DNA of 64,000 nucleotides, from assembly GCA_002269645.1 (NCBI GenBank), contig NIVC01000059.1:682001-746000 (forward strand). The letters are read 5' to 3'. Numbering within the stretch: position 1 is the stretch's first letter; every line of letters begins with the position of its first letter. Position numbers and translations under genes: made by a program. The stretch comes from Macrostomum lignano. Taxonomy: Eukaryota. Shown here one piece after another: positions 12,510-24,500 of the stretch. The notes beneath the pieces were generated by a model. The model worked only from the letters and a program-made list of their open reading frames with translations, was not told the DNA's origin and made no database searches.

Positions 12510-14110
12510 CTTCAGAGAGAATGAGAGGGCGGGAGAGGGAGGGAAAAAGAAGGGACACAGAGGAGGAAAGGAAGCGAGAGAGGTGTAGAGAGGAAGGAAG
12601 AGAGGGGTGGAGAAGGGAGAGAGGGGTGGAGAGGAAGGAAGAGGAAAGGAGAGGGCTGAAGGGGAAGGGAGAGAGGGGTGGTGAGGAAGGGAGAGAGGGG
12701 TGGTGAGGAAGGGAGAGAGGGGAGGTGAGGAAGAGAGAGAGGGGTGGTGAGGAAGAGAGAGAGGGGTGGTGAGGAAGAGAGAGAGGGGTGGTGAGGAAGA
12801 GAGAGAGGGGTGGTGAGGAAGAGAGAGAGGGGTGGTGAGGAAGAGAGAGGAAAGGAGAGGGGTGAAGGGGAAGGGAGAGGAAAGGAGAGGAGTGGAGAGG
12901 AAGGGAGAGGGGTGGAGAGGAAAGGGGAGGAAAGGAGAGGAGTGGAGAGGAAGGGAAAGGGGTGGAGAGGAAGGGGGAGGAAAGGAGAGGGGTGGAGAGG
13001 AAGGGAAAGGGGTGGAGAGGAAAGGGAGAGGGGTGGAGAGGAAGGGAGAGAGGGGTGGTGAGGAAGGGAGAGAGGGGTGGTGAGGAAGGGAGAGAGGGGT
13101 GGTGAGGAAGGGAGAGAGGGGTGATGAGGAAGAGAGAGGGGTGGAGAGGAAGGGAAAGGGGTGGAGAGGAAGGGGGAGAAAAGGAGAGGGGTGGAGAGGA
13201 AAGGGAGAGAGGGGTGGTGAGGAAGAGAGAGAGGGGTGGTGAGGAAGGGAGAGAGGGGTGGTGAGGAAGAGAGAGGAAAGGAGAGGGGTGGAGAGGAAGG
13301 GGGAGAGGGGTGGTGAGGAAGGAAGAGAGGGGAGGTGAGGAAGAGAGAGAAGGGTGATGAGGAAGGGAGAGAGGGGTGGTGAGGAAGAGAGAGAGGGGTG
13401 GTGAAGAAGGGAGAGAGGGGTGGTGAGGAAGGAAGAGAGGGGTGGTGAGGAAGAGAGAGAGGGGTGGTAAGGGAGGGAGAGAGGGGTGGTGAGGAAGAGA
13501 GAGAGGGGTGGTGAAGAAGGGAGAGAGGGGTGGTGAGGAAGAGAGAGAGGGGTGGTGAGGAAGAGAGAGAGGGGTGGTGAGGAAGAGAGAGAGGGGTGGT
13601 GAGGAAGAGAGAGAGGGGTGGTGAGGAAGAGAGAGAGGGGTGGTGAAGAAGGGAGAGAGGGGTGGTGAGGAAGAGAGAGAGGGGTGATGAGGAAGAGAGA
13701 GAGGGGTGGTGAGGAAGAGAGAGAGGGGTGGTGAGGAAGAGAGAGAGGGGTGGTGAGGAAGAGAGAGAGGGGTGGTGAGGAAGAGAGAGAGGGGTGGTGA
13801 AGAAGGGAGAGAGGGGTGGTGAGGAAGAGAGAGAGGGGTGGTGAGGAAGAGAGAGAGGGGTGGTGAAGAAGGGAGAAGGGGGGTGAGGAAGAGAGAGAGA
13901 GGTGGTGAGGAAGAGAGAGAGGGGTGGTGAGGAAGAGAGAGAGGGGTGGTGAAGAAGGGAGAGAGGGGTGGTGAGGAAGAGAGAGAGGGGTGGTGAGGAA
14001 GAGAGAAAGGAGTGGTGAGGAAGGGAGAGAGGGGTGGTGAGGAAGAGAGAAAGGGGTGGTGAGGAAGGGAGAAAGGGGTGGTGAGGAAGGGAGAGAGGGG
14101 TGGAGAGGAA
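12510..14110. repeat. 22-bp purine-rich minisatellite (GAGGAAGAGAGAGAGGGGTGGT)n and variants
   Basis: Direct reading; ORFs 12418..14376 and 12512..14134 are its translation. Confidence 0.95.
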
Positions 14111-14599
14111 GGAAAAGGGATGGGGAGAAAGCAATATGCCGTAGGGAGCAGGTTGATGGGCAGATAAAGATGGGGTAAGCGAGGGAGAATAAATTTTAGG
14201 AATAATGAGAGAGAGAGCCGGGGGGGGGAGAAAAAGAGAAAAGGGAAAGAGAGGGATGAGACGGTGGAAAGGAAAGGAGAGATGGGAACGGAGAGAGGGA
14301 AGATGAGAGAGGGGATCTGAGAAGATACAGAAATGAAAATAAGAGAGAAGTGAGAAATAAGGGTAGTGAGAAACACTGGAGCAGTGATCTGTTAGAACAG
14401 GAACAGTGTTAATTTCTCAATGTCTAATTATCTTGCTGTTTTTCAACTTCCAACATCAGTAGCGTTAAGGGGTAAATTTACGTCACCTGTGTCCTCTCCA
14501 CTTACCTAAACTCCTCTAACCCAGCTAATTAATTAAAGCATACAAACAACAGCAAACCCAGAACCTCAGCATGAAAAACAGACGCAGTGAGTCTGTATG

Positions 14600-16443
14600 C
14601 TACTCGAACCTCACGGGCGCCTCGGCTCGAATCACTTTCCGACAGATGGGGCATGTCTGCAGGTTGGCAGAGCAGCGGCTGCAGCAGCACAGGTGACCGC
14701 AGTCCAGCAGAATTACGTTAATCCGATGCACCATGCACACCTTGCAGGTGCGCCAGTCCGTCTCGGGCGACTCCTCCGGCTCTCCGAACGCTGACGAGCT
14801 TCGCAGACGGTGCAGCTCGGACTCTCTGAATGTTTCGATGTCCATGGAACGCACAGTCAGAACGTCGTGTTGGCTGACAACGGCCGCCAGCAGCTGATCA
14901 GAAGTCGCGAAGTCGTCACCCACAAACATCAGCCGCATCTCCATTGCTGTGCGAACCTCGGCAGCTGAGAATCCCAGACGGATGGCCATTCGAGCTGACG
15001 GAACGTCGGATCGAGCTCGGATCTCTCTCGCCTCGATTCGATACCTGACTCCCAGGTTTCCAGAGTACGACATTTTCACCTGTGATTGTTGCTCATCCTG
15101 CTGTCCGTGATTACGGCTCGAGCTCAGGACCTCTGAAAAGCGGGCCACAACGTCAGGCGCCACGAACTGTCGAACCCGTCGCACAAACGCGGCGCCTCGA
15201 CGGCTCAGCAGGTGGCCGCACCTCGGAGACCACACGGCGTGGGCGATCCACGCGTTGCCGAGCAGCTGGGAGCCCGCAACGGACAACCGCAGGTTGCACG
15301 CGAAGCAGATCAGCAAGTTGAACGTCCCGACTGTCTGCAGGAAGAACCCCGCTGACGCGACCTGATCTGCCGGTTCAAACAGCTCGACATTCTCCAGAGT
15401 CCTCAGACGGTCGCTCTGACGGACGAAGCCCGGATGCTCGATCGGCAGCAGAGACGCCTCCAGCTCGAGCATCTCGAGTGCCTGCACCGCTCGAGGCTCC
15501 GCGGCTGACCTTAGCGTCTGTGGTGGAGGCAGCGACGTCTGGGAAACCGCAGCGAGAATTTCCGGTTCCGACAGTGTGACAGTCGGACGTCCCGTGCTTC
15601 CGTCCGACATCGCCAGCGACCGCCACTCGTCCTCCGTCTGGGGCTCCGTCACGACCTCCGTTGACATCTCAGACGCCTCGCTGCACTGCTCTGACTGCGA
15701 CACGCTGTCCATCTCGAGGTCCGGCTTGTTGCCGACGTCCATCCCCAGCACGAACGGACACGTGGGGAACTCCTTGGCGTGGAGCTGCATCGGCGACTCT
15801 CCTTCAGCGAGGCTGCCGGGCTCCAGTGCTCCCTGGCAGAAGGCGCACCGAACTCGGCCATCGGTGGCCGATTGGAACAGCCCCGCCGATGCCATCGACC
15901 TTGCCGTGTCAGCGGTCACGGATGGGCCGAAACTGCGAGCTCTGGCCGACTCCGACATCATCTCCCTGACTGCTCCGCTGCCCTCCGCGAAGCTGAGCTG
16001 CTGGGGCACGCGGCTGTCGCTGCTGGCTCCGGTGTAGTAGCGGAGCAGCTTGCAGATCGCTGAGCTGACGGCATGATCCGCTGACCCGCTCGCTTGAAGA
16101 GTTTTCAAAAACCTTGTTCCAAAATATTGTAGTGCCATGCCAAGCATTGCGAGGTACGGAATGTTCAAGGCTGACGGAACCCCTGAAATTCCTAGATTTT
16201 CGATATGATTGATTATCTGAGTGTAACAAAGCGTCATTGCGTTATTTTCTCCCTCCAGTTTTTTGGCAACTTTTTGTTTTCCTTCAGTTTCCAATGAAGT
16301 CATGTTTTTGAACAGAGCTTTCGTTTTATTGGTAAACCATTTGAAAGCATTCCATGCAGTTCTCCTGAAGCTGGCCTTCTTGTCCTCCTGATCTTGCGTT
16401 GCCGACGACCTTGATCCAGAAATCGAGTTTCGAGCTTCCTGTT
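14600..16443 (-). CDS. Inhibitor of apoptosis (IAP/BIRC family): N-terminal extension, BIR, BIR, UBA-like, RING; one large terminal exon
   Basis: BIR1 CAFC-x18-H-x6-C; BIR2 CFAC-x18-H-x6-C; UBA-like MAIRLGF...GDDFATSDQLL; RING CKVC...CGHLCCCSRC...CPIC. The frame stays open 46 codons upstream of ATG 16303 to an acceptor (tacttgcag|aa) at 16443. Confidence 0.9.
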
Positions 16444-18129
16444 CTGCAAGTAGTTATTAAGGTTGTTGATAAAAATCCTGAATAACTTTTTGTCTAAATA
16501 AAGCTGCTAAATTCCTGAATGCACTACTGCTGGTAAAAAGAAACTTTTAAGACCGAGGCTTTATTCCTATTTTCTGTTGTGCTGTTAAATTTTCGTCTTA
16601 TGTAAGAAAGGTACGACGATAAAAATGACACATGGAAGTATTACGAGCTAAAACTGAATTTTTATCTATACTTCGCTTTTTGCCCCCCCCCCACCGAAGC
16701 CTAAACCGAAGTTCATTTTCTAACTAAGCATATGTTGTTAAAAGTTATGCACGCCAGTCTTAAGAAAGTTCATTCAGACTCCAACGCAAAATTGCTGAAA
16801 GGGTTATCTCATGTGCTTCCGATCACATGGTGGCATTCTCTCTGGAGTACGCTCAGAGCCAGGCAGACTGCCTTGATTACAATATCCAAAAGAGCATTAT
16901 TTTGTACCGGGCCTCATTAGTAAATTGCCCAGTGCAGACTCCATCATCAATAGACTAGCTAAAATGAGTAGTGGAATAATACAAAACTTTCAACATGGCT
17001 GAGTAGAAAAAATCAATCAGAACACACAAAGCTATGAGTACTAGTTTTGAATTGAAAATAGTCGAGTACTCAGCTAAGATAAGGTCACAGCTTTTACTAC
17101 AAACTGGCCTGCGAAACAATGAGAACTGCGAGACCAAAGATCCCCTTAGGAGAATTGGACCTACCCAAAGTGCCATGTGCTGGGGGGGGGGTAGAAAGTG
17201 CAGTTCACTTCCTGTTCAAGTGCAGATGGAACTTTTAGTGCCCCTTCCTGTGATCAATTTAAACAGGAAATCTCGGACGGTTAAGTTTCTAATATTAAAC
17301 CTTACTGCAGGGGTTGAAGTATTTTACGCACTTAGTTTTAATAAAAAAATCGTTGTCTCATGATATCTAAAGTTTATGTGATTTTCATAAACTGCTAAGG
17401 TCATAGATTTTTATAAAAGGAAAATGCTTTAGGTGGGAGCCCTTGTCTCTTTAGGTGGGCGCCCCTGTCTCTTCAGTTGGGCAAAAGGTAGTACCGGATA
17501 CTGATATAAAGTTTGCCTAAATCAAATTAAATGTGCTGGCTCACCTATATAGCCATTGTTGCTCATTTTTCATATCTTTTTTTAATACTTAACGTTTTTT
17601 AGTTAAAGTACAGCTCAAGATTGTCGATTTTTAATAGAAAAATTGCATGTATTCTATCTTACTTTCTGTCGCTGTGAAAGATACGAAAGCCCTGAAATAC
17701 CCCGCGCACAGCAATTACTAGGAACGATATCGTCAGCAAACAACTGCTGCCCCAAAAATGCGTACACTGGCAGGAGTGTACAATACAATGTACACTACCC
17801 TAAAAAAGCGATTTTGCCTCGAGAGTTGATGTCAGTTGTTTGGCATTAGTTCCTACTAGCAATCTAGTGCGGCCCCCCTTCGGGGCGCCCAATAAGAAAG
17901 GAGCAAAAATATTTCATGGAAAACAATAAAAAAACACATTTTCTTAAACACTAATTCCTTCTTCACATTTTAAAAATCACCTTATTCGTGTAAAATTGTC
18001 ACGGACTAAGATGTTTGCAAAATTAAAAAATCACTTTTTCTCTAAAATTAACAAACAGTCAACAAAATATCGTTTCCCTAAATAGAAAATATTCCCAAGA
18101 CAGCAAGCAACCCCCTCCAAAAGTGAACA

Positions 18130-18415
18130 ATCGCAGATAGCAAGCATCCTCTAATGCTCATAGCAAGAATCGCCACAGATAGCAAGCATCTGCAGATTAG
18201 CAAGCACCCCCCAGATATTATAGAAGCATCCTGCAGATAGCAAGCACCCCCCAGATATTATAGAAGCATCCACCCAGATAGCAAGCATCCTGCAGATAGC
18301 AAGAATCCCTAAATAGCAAGCATCCTGCAGATAGCAAGAATCCCTAAATAGCAAGCATCCTGCAGATAGCAAGAATCCCTAAATAGCAAGCATCCCTGGA
18401 TAGAAAGAATCCCAT
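18130..18415. repeat. ~19-bp minisatellite (ATAGCAAGCATCCTGCAG-like), resuming after the hAT insertion at 19623
   Basis: Direct reading. Confidence 0.85.
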
Positions 18416-18447
18416 GCATGTAGCCAGTACCCCCTCTCCCAAATAGC

Positions 18448-19622
18448 CAGTGTTGGGCACTTCCGTTACCGAGTAACTTGTAAATGGTAACGCAAGTTAC
18501 TTTTTCGTAAAGCGTTCCTTACGCAAGTTACTTTCCTATTTTGGTAACGGAGTAACGGTAAGTTACTCAAATTTCGGAAGTCCGTTACAGTTACTTTGCA
18601 ACAATCGCAATATTTAAATTTAAAACTGATATGCTTAGCTATTACGCCAGTTGTCACATTTTTAGCATTTTTCATTCTTAAATTCAAAACTAAGTGAATA
18701 ATATCATACGGTATTACGCTGTAATTAATAAAGAAATACTTGAAACATGTTTTTACTTTGTTATTTTCGGTAAAATATTTTTGCTTTTCGTTTTTAAGTT
18801 AATAAAAATATTTTGTTTAGTTCTTAGAAACAAACAACCAAAGAAAGAAATTCATCTGTAGTCTCCACAAATCCACTCAGTGATCGACGTAGCCAGGAAT
18901 TTTAATTGGGGGGGGGGGCGGGTTGGCCTGGCTGGCCATGCCTCATGCACCCGCCACGCCCAACCCCACCCCCCCCTGGTGGGGTGTCTTGCAGGTGGGG
19001 TGAAGTTGCCGCCCCAACGATTGTTAAGGCGGCCTCCCTGGCTACACCACTAAAGTCCACTGGCACTGCACTGCACTGCACAATAATTTAATATTAATGA
19101 ATTGAAAAATAATTGAAAAAATTGAAAAAAATTTCAAATAATTGAAAATAAAAAGACTAGTAAAGCAGACTGTAGAGTGGAGTAAAGCCAGGTACTTATT
19201 ACGAGCGATGTATTATCAAGGACAACTGAAGTTACGTTAAGTTGTCCTTGTGTATTATAACTTATAATGTTATTAAAAATTAAATTGCGTTTTGCCTTTA
19301 ACGTTTCTGACCTTCAGCTTCTCTTCTTTTTACGGAAAGGGCCTAAAGTGATTAAAATTTAATACAGTTACTGAAATTAATTTTGTTGTATTTTTCCTTC
19401 TGGCTTTCGCGATCATTTGTGCTGTTCCAGCACATTTGCAATGTTAAAAAAGCAGAAAATTTTGTTTATAACATAGGTAACGGAAGTAAGTAACGGAAGT
19501 AACTTAAAAGTTACCGGGTTTTTGTTCAAAGTTACTAGGCTAACGTAAGTTACTTTTTAAAAAGTGGTAACTTAAGTTACAGTAACGCAAGTTACTTTTT
19601 TTGAGTAACTTGCCCAACACTG
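18448..19622. mobile_element. hAT-type non-autonomous element
   Basis: TIR CAGTGTTGGGCA...TGCCCAACACTG, perfect 8-bp TSD CAAATAGC (18440-18447, 19623-19630), subterminal GTAAC/GTTAC repeats. Confidence 0.9.
18878..19053. mobile_element. Small hAT-like MITE nested in the previous element
   Basis: Ends cagtga..cgtagccagg / cctggctacaccact; flanks aatccact / agtccact (7/8 TSD). Confidence 0.55.
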
Positions 19623-19689
19623 CAAATAGCAAGTATCCCCCCTCGAGAGCAAGCATCCACGAGACAGCAAGTAGCTAGTGCAAATGTTA

Positions 19690-21310
19690 CTTCCGCTAAT
19701 GCAATAATCGCTTTCTCAGGTTGTGCAACAATCCACGTCTCAGCGAGCGCAATAATCTCTTTTTTAGACAGCGCAGTAATCAGCTTCTCAGCTAGTGCAA
19801 TAATCCTTGGTTTATTAATAGCAATAATCCTTGATTAATCAAGTGCAATAATCCTTGATTAATCAAGTGCAATAATCCTTGGTTTATCAAGTGCAGTAAT
19901 CTTTGGCTTATCAAGTGAAATAATCCTTGGTTCATCAAGTGCAATAATCCTTTGTTTATCAAGTGCAATAATCCTTGGTTTATCAAGTGCAATAATCCTT
20001 GGTTTATTAAGTGCAATAATCCTTGGTTTATCAAGTGCAATAATCCTTGGTTTATCTAGCGCAGTAATCCTTGGCTTATCAGGTGCAATAATCCTTGGTT
20101 TATCAAGTGCAATATTTGTTTATCAAGTGCAATAATCCTTGGTTTATCAAGTGCAATAATCCTTGGTTTATCAAGTGCAATAATCCTTGGTTTATCTAGC
20201 GCAGTAATCCTTGGCTTATCAAGAGCAATAATCCTTGGTTTATCAAGTGCAATAATCCTTGGTTTATCAAGTGCAATAATCCTTGGTTTATCAAGCGCAG
20301 TAATCTTTGGCCTATCAAGTGCAATAATCCTTGGCCTATCAAGTGCAACAATCCTTGGTTTATCAAGTGCAGTAATCCTTGGTTTATCAAGTGCAATAGT
20401 CCTTGGTTTATCAAGTGCAATAATCCTTGGTTTATCAAGTGCAGTAATCCTTGGTTTATTAAGAGCAATAATCCTTGGCTTATCGAGTGCAGTAATCCTT
20501 GGTTTGCCAAGAGCAATAATCCTTGGTTTATCGAGTGCAGTAATCCTTAGTTTTCCAAGTGCAGTAATCCTTGGTTTATTAAGAGCAATAATCCTTGGCT
20601 TATCGAGTGCAGTAGTCCTTGGTTTATTAATAGCAATAATCCTTGAATAATCCAGTGCATTAATCCTTGGCTTATCAAGTGCAACATTCTTTACTATCAA
20701 GTGCAATAATCCATGGCTTATCAAGCGCTGTAATCCTTGGCTTATCAAGTGCAATAATCCTTGGTTTATCAAGTGCAATAATCCTTGGTTTATCAAGTGC
20801 AATAATTCTTTGTTTATCAAGTGCAATAATCCTTGGTTTATCAAGCGCAGTAATCCTTGGCTTATCAAGTGCAGTAATCCTTGGTTTATCAAGTGCAATA
20901 ATCCTTGGTTTATCAAGCGCAGTAATCTTTGGCCTATCAAGTGCAATAATCCTTGGTTTATCAAGTGCAGTAATCCTTGGCCTATCAAGTGCAATAATCC
21001 TTGGTTTATCAAGTGCAATAGTCCTTGGTTTATCGAGTGCAGTAATCCTTGGTTTTTCAAGTGCAATAATCCTTGGCTTCTTGAGTGCAGTAATCCTTGG
21101 TTTGCCAAGAGCAATAGTCCTTGGTTTATCGAGTGCAGTAATCCTTGGTTTTCCAAGTGCAGTAATCCTTGGTTTATTAATAGCAATAATCCTTGGCTTC
21201 TTGAGTGCAGTAATCCTTGGTTTGCTAAGAGCAATAGTCCTTGGTTTATCGAGTGCAGTAGTCCTTGGTTTATTAATAGCAATAATCCTTGGCTTATCGA
21301 GTGCAGTAAT
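19690..21310. repeat. 24-bp minisatellite (GTGCAATAATCCTTGGTTTATCAA)n
   Basis: Direct reading; source of the LINQGLLH / DKPRIIAL pseudo-ORFs. Confidence 0.97.
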
Positions 21311-22489
21311 CTAAGTGTTTTTATTTAGTCCTTTAATAAAACCTTTTAATAAAAAATTTAACTCTACTTTTTTTAAACTACTTAGATTCGAACCTAGGTC
21401 GCTGCATTAGCAGTCTGGTCTGTTCAGCTCTAGGCTAGCTCTCATCGAAGTTATCAGTGATGTTGTACCACTTATATAATTCAACACTCACACCAAGTCA
21501 GGTAGAGTAAAAAGTCTCACGAAGCAGTTATGACATACTCAATTTCTTAGGCAAGTCAGTACCAGTGTCTATGAAAGTTTACAATATGGTTACGTAATAT
21601 AAATTCAGTACTGCGCTATGCTTTCACACTCAAAGCTGTGACGCAATTCAATTGAGTGTCAAATTCAGCCAGTACACAGACGATAAATAAAGTGTATTGT
21701 GATGCAATCTATTTCAGAATCAGAATTCAACCAGTCAGTTTTTCTGCTAGCATTCTTACAATGCATTTCAAGTCGAAAGAGCTGCTTGACCTTTGCAAAA
21801 AAGCATGTTTTTCGAATATTTAATCGCTTTAGCATCGAGCAATTTCTTAGCCACGATGCATGTACCGTCACGGAAAAATTTCTGATCGAATGGTGCAAGT
21901 TTGAAGAAAATCGGTTCAGCCGTTTTTGCTAAAATCGATCACACACGCACGCACTCACAAACAGACCATTTTTAGTATATTAGACTAGCCATTTAGCCCC
22001 CCGCTGGGGAGCCCGAAAATGACACCAATTGGTTTTTATTTTGACACAAAAGTAACCTTACTATAATTATCCAAAATGTTGATTTCCATTAATCAAAAAT
22101 TATCTTTTCTCATTTTGGCAAAAATAAATTGCCATGAATCAGAACTTTCAACAGCCAAAAAAGTTTCCTTCATCAGCCCAAAACCCTTTCTCAATCAGCA
22201 AATAGTGCTGATCCTTTCAAGCACAAACTCTTAGTGCATATCGTCGCTGGCCGGGGCATATTCTGATCCGCAGAAAATATGCAAATCATTGACGTCCTTA
22301 GACCCTCTCTCTTAATTAGCCTAAATCAAAGAATGAAACCTTTAATAAATGCGCTGGTATTTCCTATTAGCAGAAATCAGCATCACTTGTGTGTACAATT
22401 TCATTATCTGAATTACATGAGCTACTTCAGCCGTACTACCTGACTACCTGACAATCGCCCAACAACCATGAGTCCATGAGCCTTGGCAT

Positions 22490-24250
22490 CTTAGCAATTC
22501 CTCCCCAGTAAGCCTTGACATATCAGCAATTCCCCCAGTAAGCCTTGACATCTCAGCAATTCCCCCAGTAAGCCTTGAAATCTCACCAATTCCCCCCAGT
22601 AAGCCTTGACATCTCAGCAATTCCCCCAGTAAGCCTTGACATCTCAGCAATTCCCCCAGTAAGCCTTGAAATCTCACCAATTCCCCCCAGTAAGCCTTGA
22701 CATCCCAACAACCTAACTTCCCTCCCCCAAGAATTCAGCAATCCCCTTATGAGCCTTGATATCTCAGCAATTTCTTCATGAGCCTTGTCAACTCAGCGAT
22801 TCCATCCATGAGCTTTGATATCTTAGCAATTCCCATCTAGTAAGTCTTTAGTTGATGGCAAGTCCTTGGTTGATGGTTAACAGAGTGGTTATTCTATGAT
22901 TGAACCAAAACTGACCCCAAGCCCCTAACCCTAACCCATAAGTGAGTCTTGGCATGTTAGCAATCTCCCCCGTGAGCCTTGAGCCTGAGCATTTAAGTAA
23001 CTTCCTCATAAGCTTTGAAATCTAAATTTCACCGAAAGCCTTGACCTGTCACCAATTCCCGAAGAGCCAAAGCATATAACTAATTCGCGCCAAGAGCCTT
23101 TAATCTTAGAAATTCCTTAATGAATCATTTATGATTGACACGACGATGGCTCTATAATTGAACTCAAACCCTAACCCTTAACCTGCAGCCGAGTCACAGC
23201 ATTTCAGCAACTCCTTCTCAGCCCAAGAATTTCAAAAATTCCCCAAGGAGCTTTTGAAATCATAGCAATTTTCCCAGTAGCCTGAAAATCAAGCGACTAA
23301 CCTTTTGATATCTTGGCACTTTCACACGAGTCTTATGATTGAACCCTAACCCTGCCAAGTCACAGCATTTCAGCAATTCCCACTATGAACCACAGCATTT
23401 CAACAATTACCCAATTAACCTTGACATTTCCTGAATTTCAGCTATTCCCTTTAGGAGCCTTTAAAATCTCAGCCATTCCCCTGTGAGCCTTAGTATCTCA
23501 GCAATACCCAAGAGTCACAGCCCACAGCATTACAGTTACAGGGATCCCCCGTGAGCTTTGAAATCTCAGCTATTCCCCAATGAGCCTTGATATCTCAACA
23601 ACTCTCTATTTGAGCCACAAAATGAGCAGGTGCTGCAATCAACAATCCCCCTGAGCATTGAGCCACATTATAATTCGGATATCCCCCCATGAGCCTTGAC
23701 AACTTAGCAATTCCCAATAAGTATTTAATGTTAGACAGGCCTATTCATTTATATGGTTTACGTCTTACTCTTACCCTAACAATGTCGGCAATTCCCCCAA
23801 GAGCCACAGCATTCCAGAAATTATCTCCATGAGCCTTGACAGCAAATAATTTTAATGAGCCTTGATACCTCAGCAATTTCTCAAATGAACTTTGAAATCA
23901 AAGCAATTCTGCCCAGAATCACATCAGTATAGGAATTTCCCTCTGAGCCTTGACAAGACATCTCCGAATTTCTCCCATGGGCCTTGATCTGGCCCATGGC
24001 CCAGTAAGCCTTGAAATCTCAATAATTCCTCAGTAAGCCTTGACATCTCAGAAATTCCCTCATTAAGATCGACATCGCAGCAATTGAACTCAAGCTTTGA
24101 AATCAAAGCAATTCTCCCCAGAATTACATCATTATAGCAATTACCGCTGAGCCTTGAGATCTTAGAAATTCTCCCATGAGTCTTGATATCACAGAAATTT
24201 TCCATACCAGCCCTGACATCTTAGAAATTCACATTGAGTATTTTATTCTC
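22490..24250. repeat. ~30-bp satellite (CCCCCAGTAAGCCTTGACATCTCAGCAATT), decaying rightward, with embedded CCCTAACCCT motifs
   Basis: Direct reading; reverse complement of the family at 31.9 kb and 33.1-34.2 kb. Confidence 0.85.
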
Positions 24251-24391
24251 GACAGACTGCTTCTTTATGGTTGACATGGTGATTCTTTTGTCGCTTTTTC
24301 TTGTGTTGAGTTTTCTTCTGTTTAAAGTAGCATTTATTAAAATCTTACTTTTCAATTAATTACTCAGAAAAACAAAGAAAAACAGGTAAAC

Positions 24392-24500
24392 ACTTTAGCA
24401 ATGGTTTACCATCACTTTAGTAATGGTTTACCATCACTTTAGCAATGGTTCACCAGCAGTTTAGCAATGGTTCACCAGCAGTTTAGCAATGGTTCACCGG
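24392..24500. repeat. 22-bp tandem repeat (TTAGCAATGGTTYACCAKCAST), about 5 copies
   Basis: Direct reading. Confidence 0.85.

Larger units (their letters stand above)
17856..21984 (-). mobile_element. Non-autonomous Helitron-like element A (cargo: satellites and nested hAT MITE)
   Basis: Minus-strand 3' end is a GC hairpin (ggcgccccgaaggggggcc) then CTAG|T at 17856. 5' end TCTAATATACTAA at 21984. Segment 21500-21984 is homologous to 26810-27295. Confidence 0.65.

Noticed and set aside
12418-14376. 652-aa and 540-aa Pro/Leu/Ser ORFs
   Set aside because: Translation of the pyrimidine strand of a minisatellite.
15082-16229. Overlapping and antisense ORFs within the IAP
   Set aside because: Expected shadows of GC-rich coding sequence.
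19792-21328. LRR-like or Leu-rich ORFs (LINQGLLH, DKPRIIAL)
   Set aside because: 24-bp satellite translated in several frames; not an LRR consensus.
21380-21445. tRNA-like sequence on the minus strand (GGTTCGAATC, GACTGCTAAT)
   Set aside because: No complete cloverleaf could be folded; treated as SINE-like cargo, as are 25590-25670 and 26230-26300.
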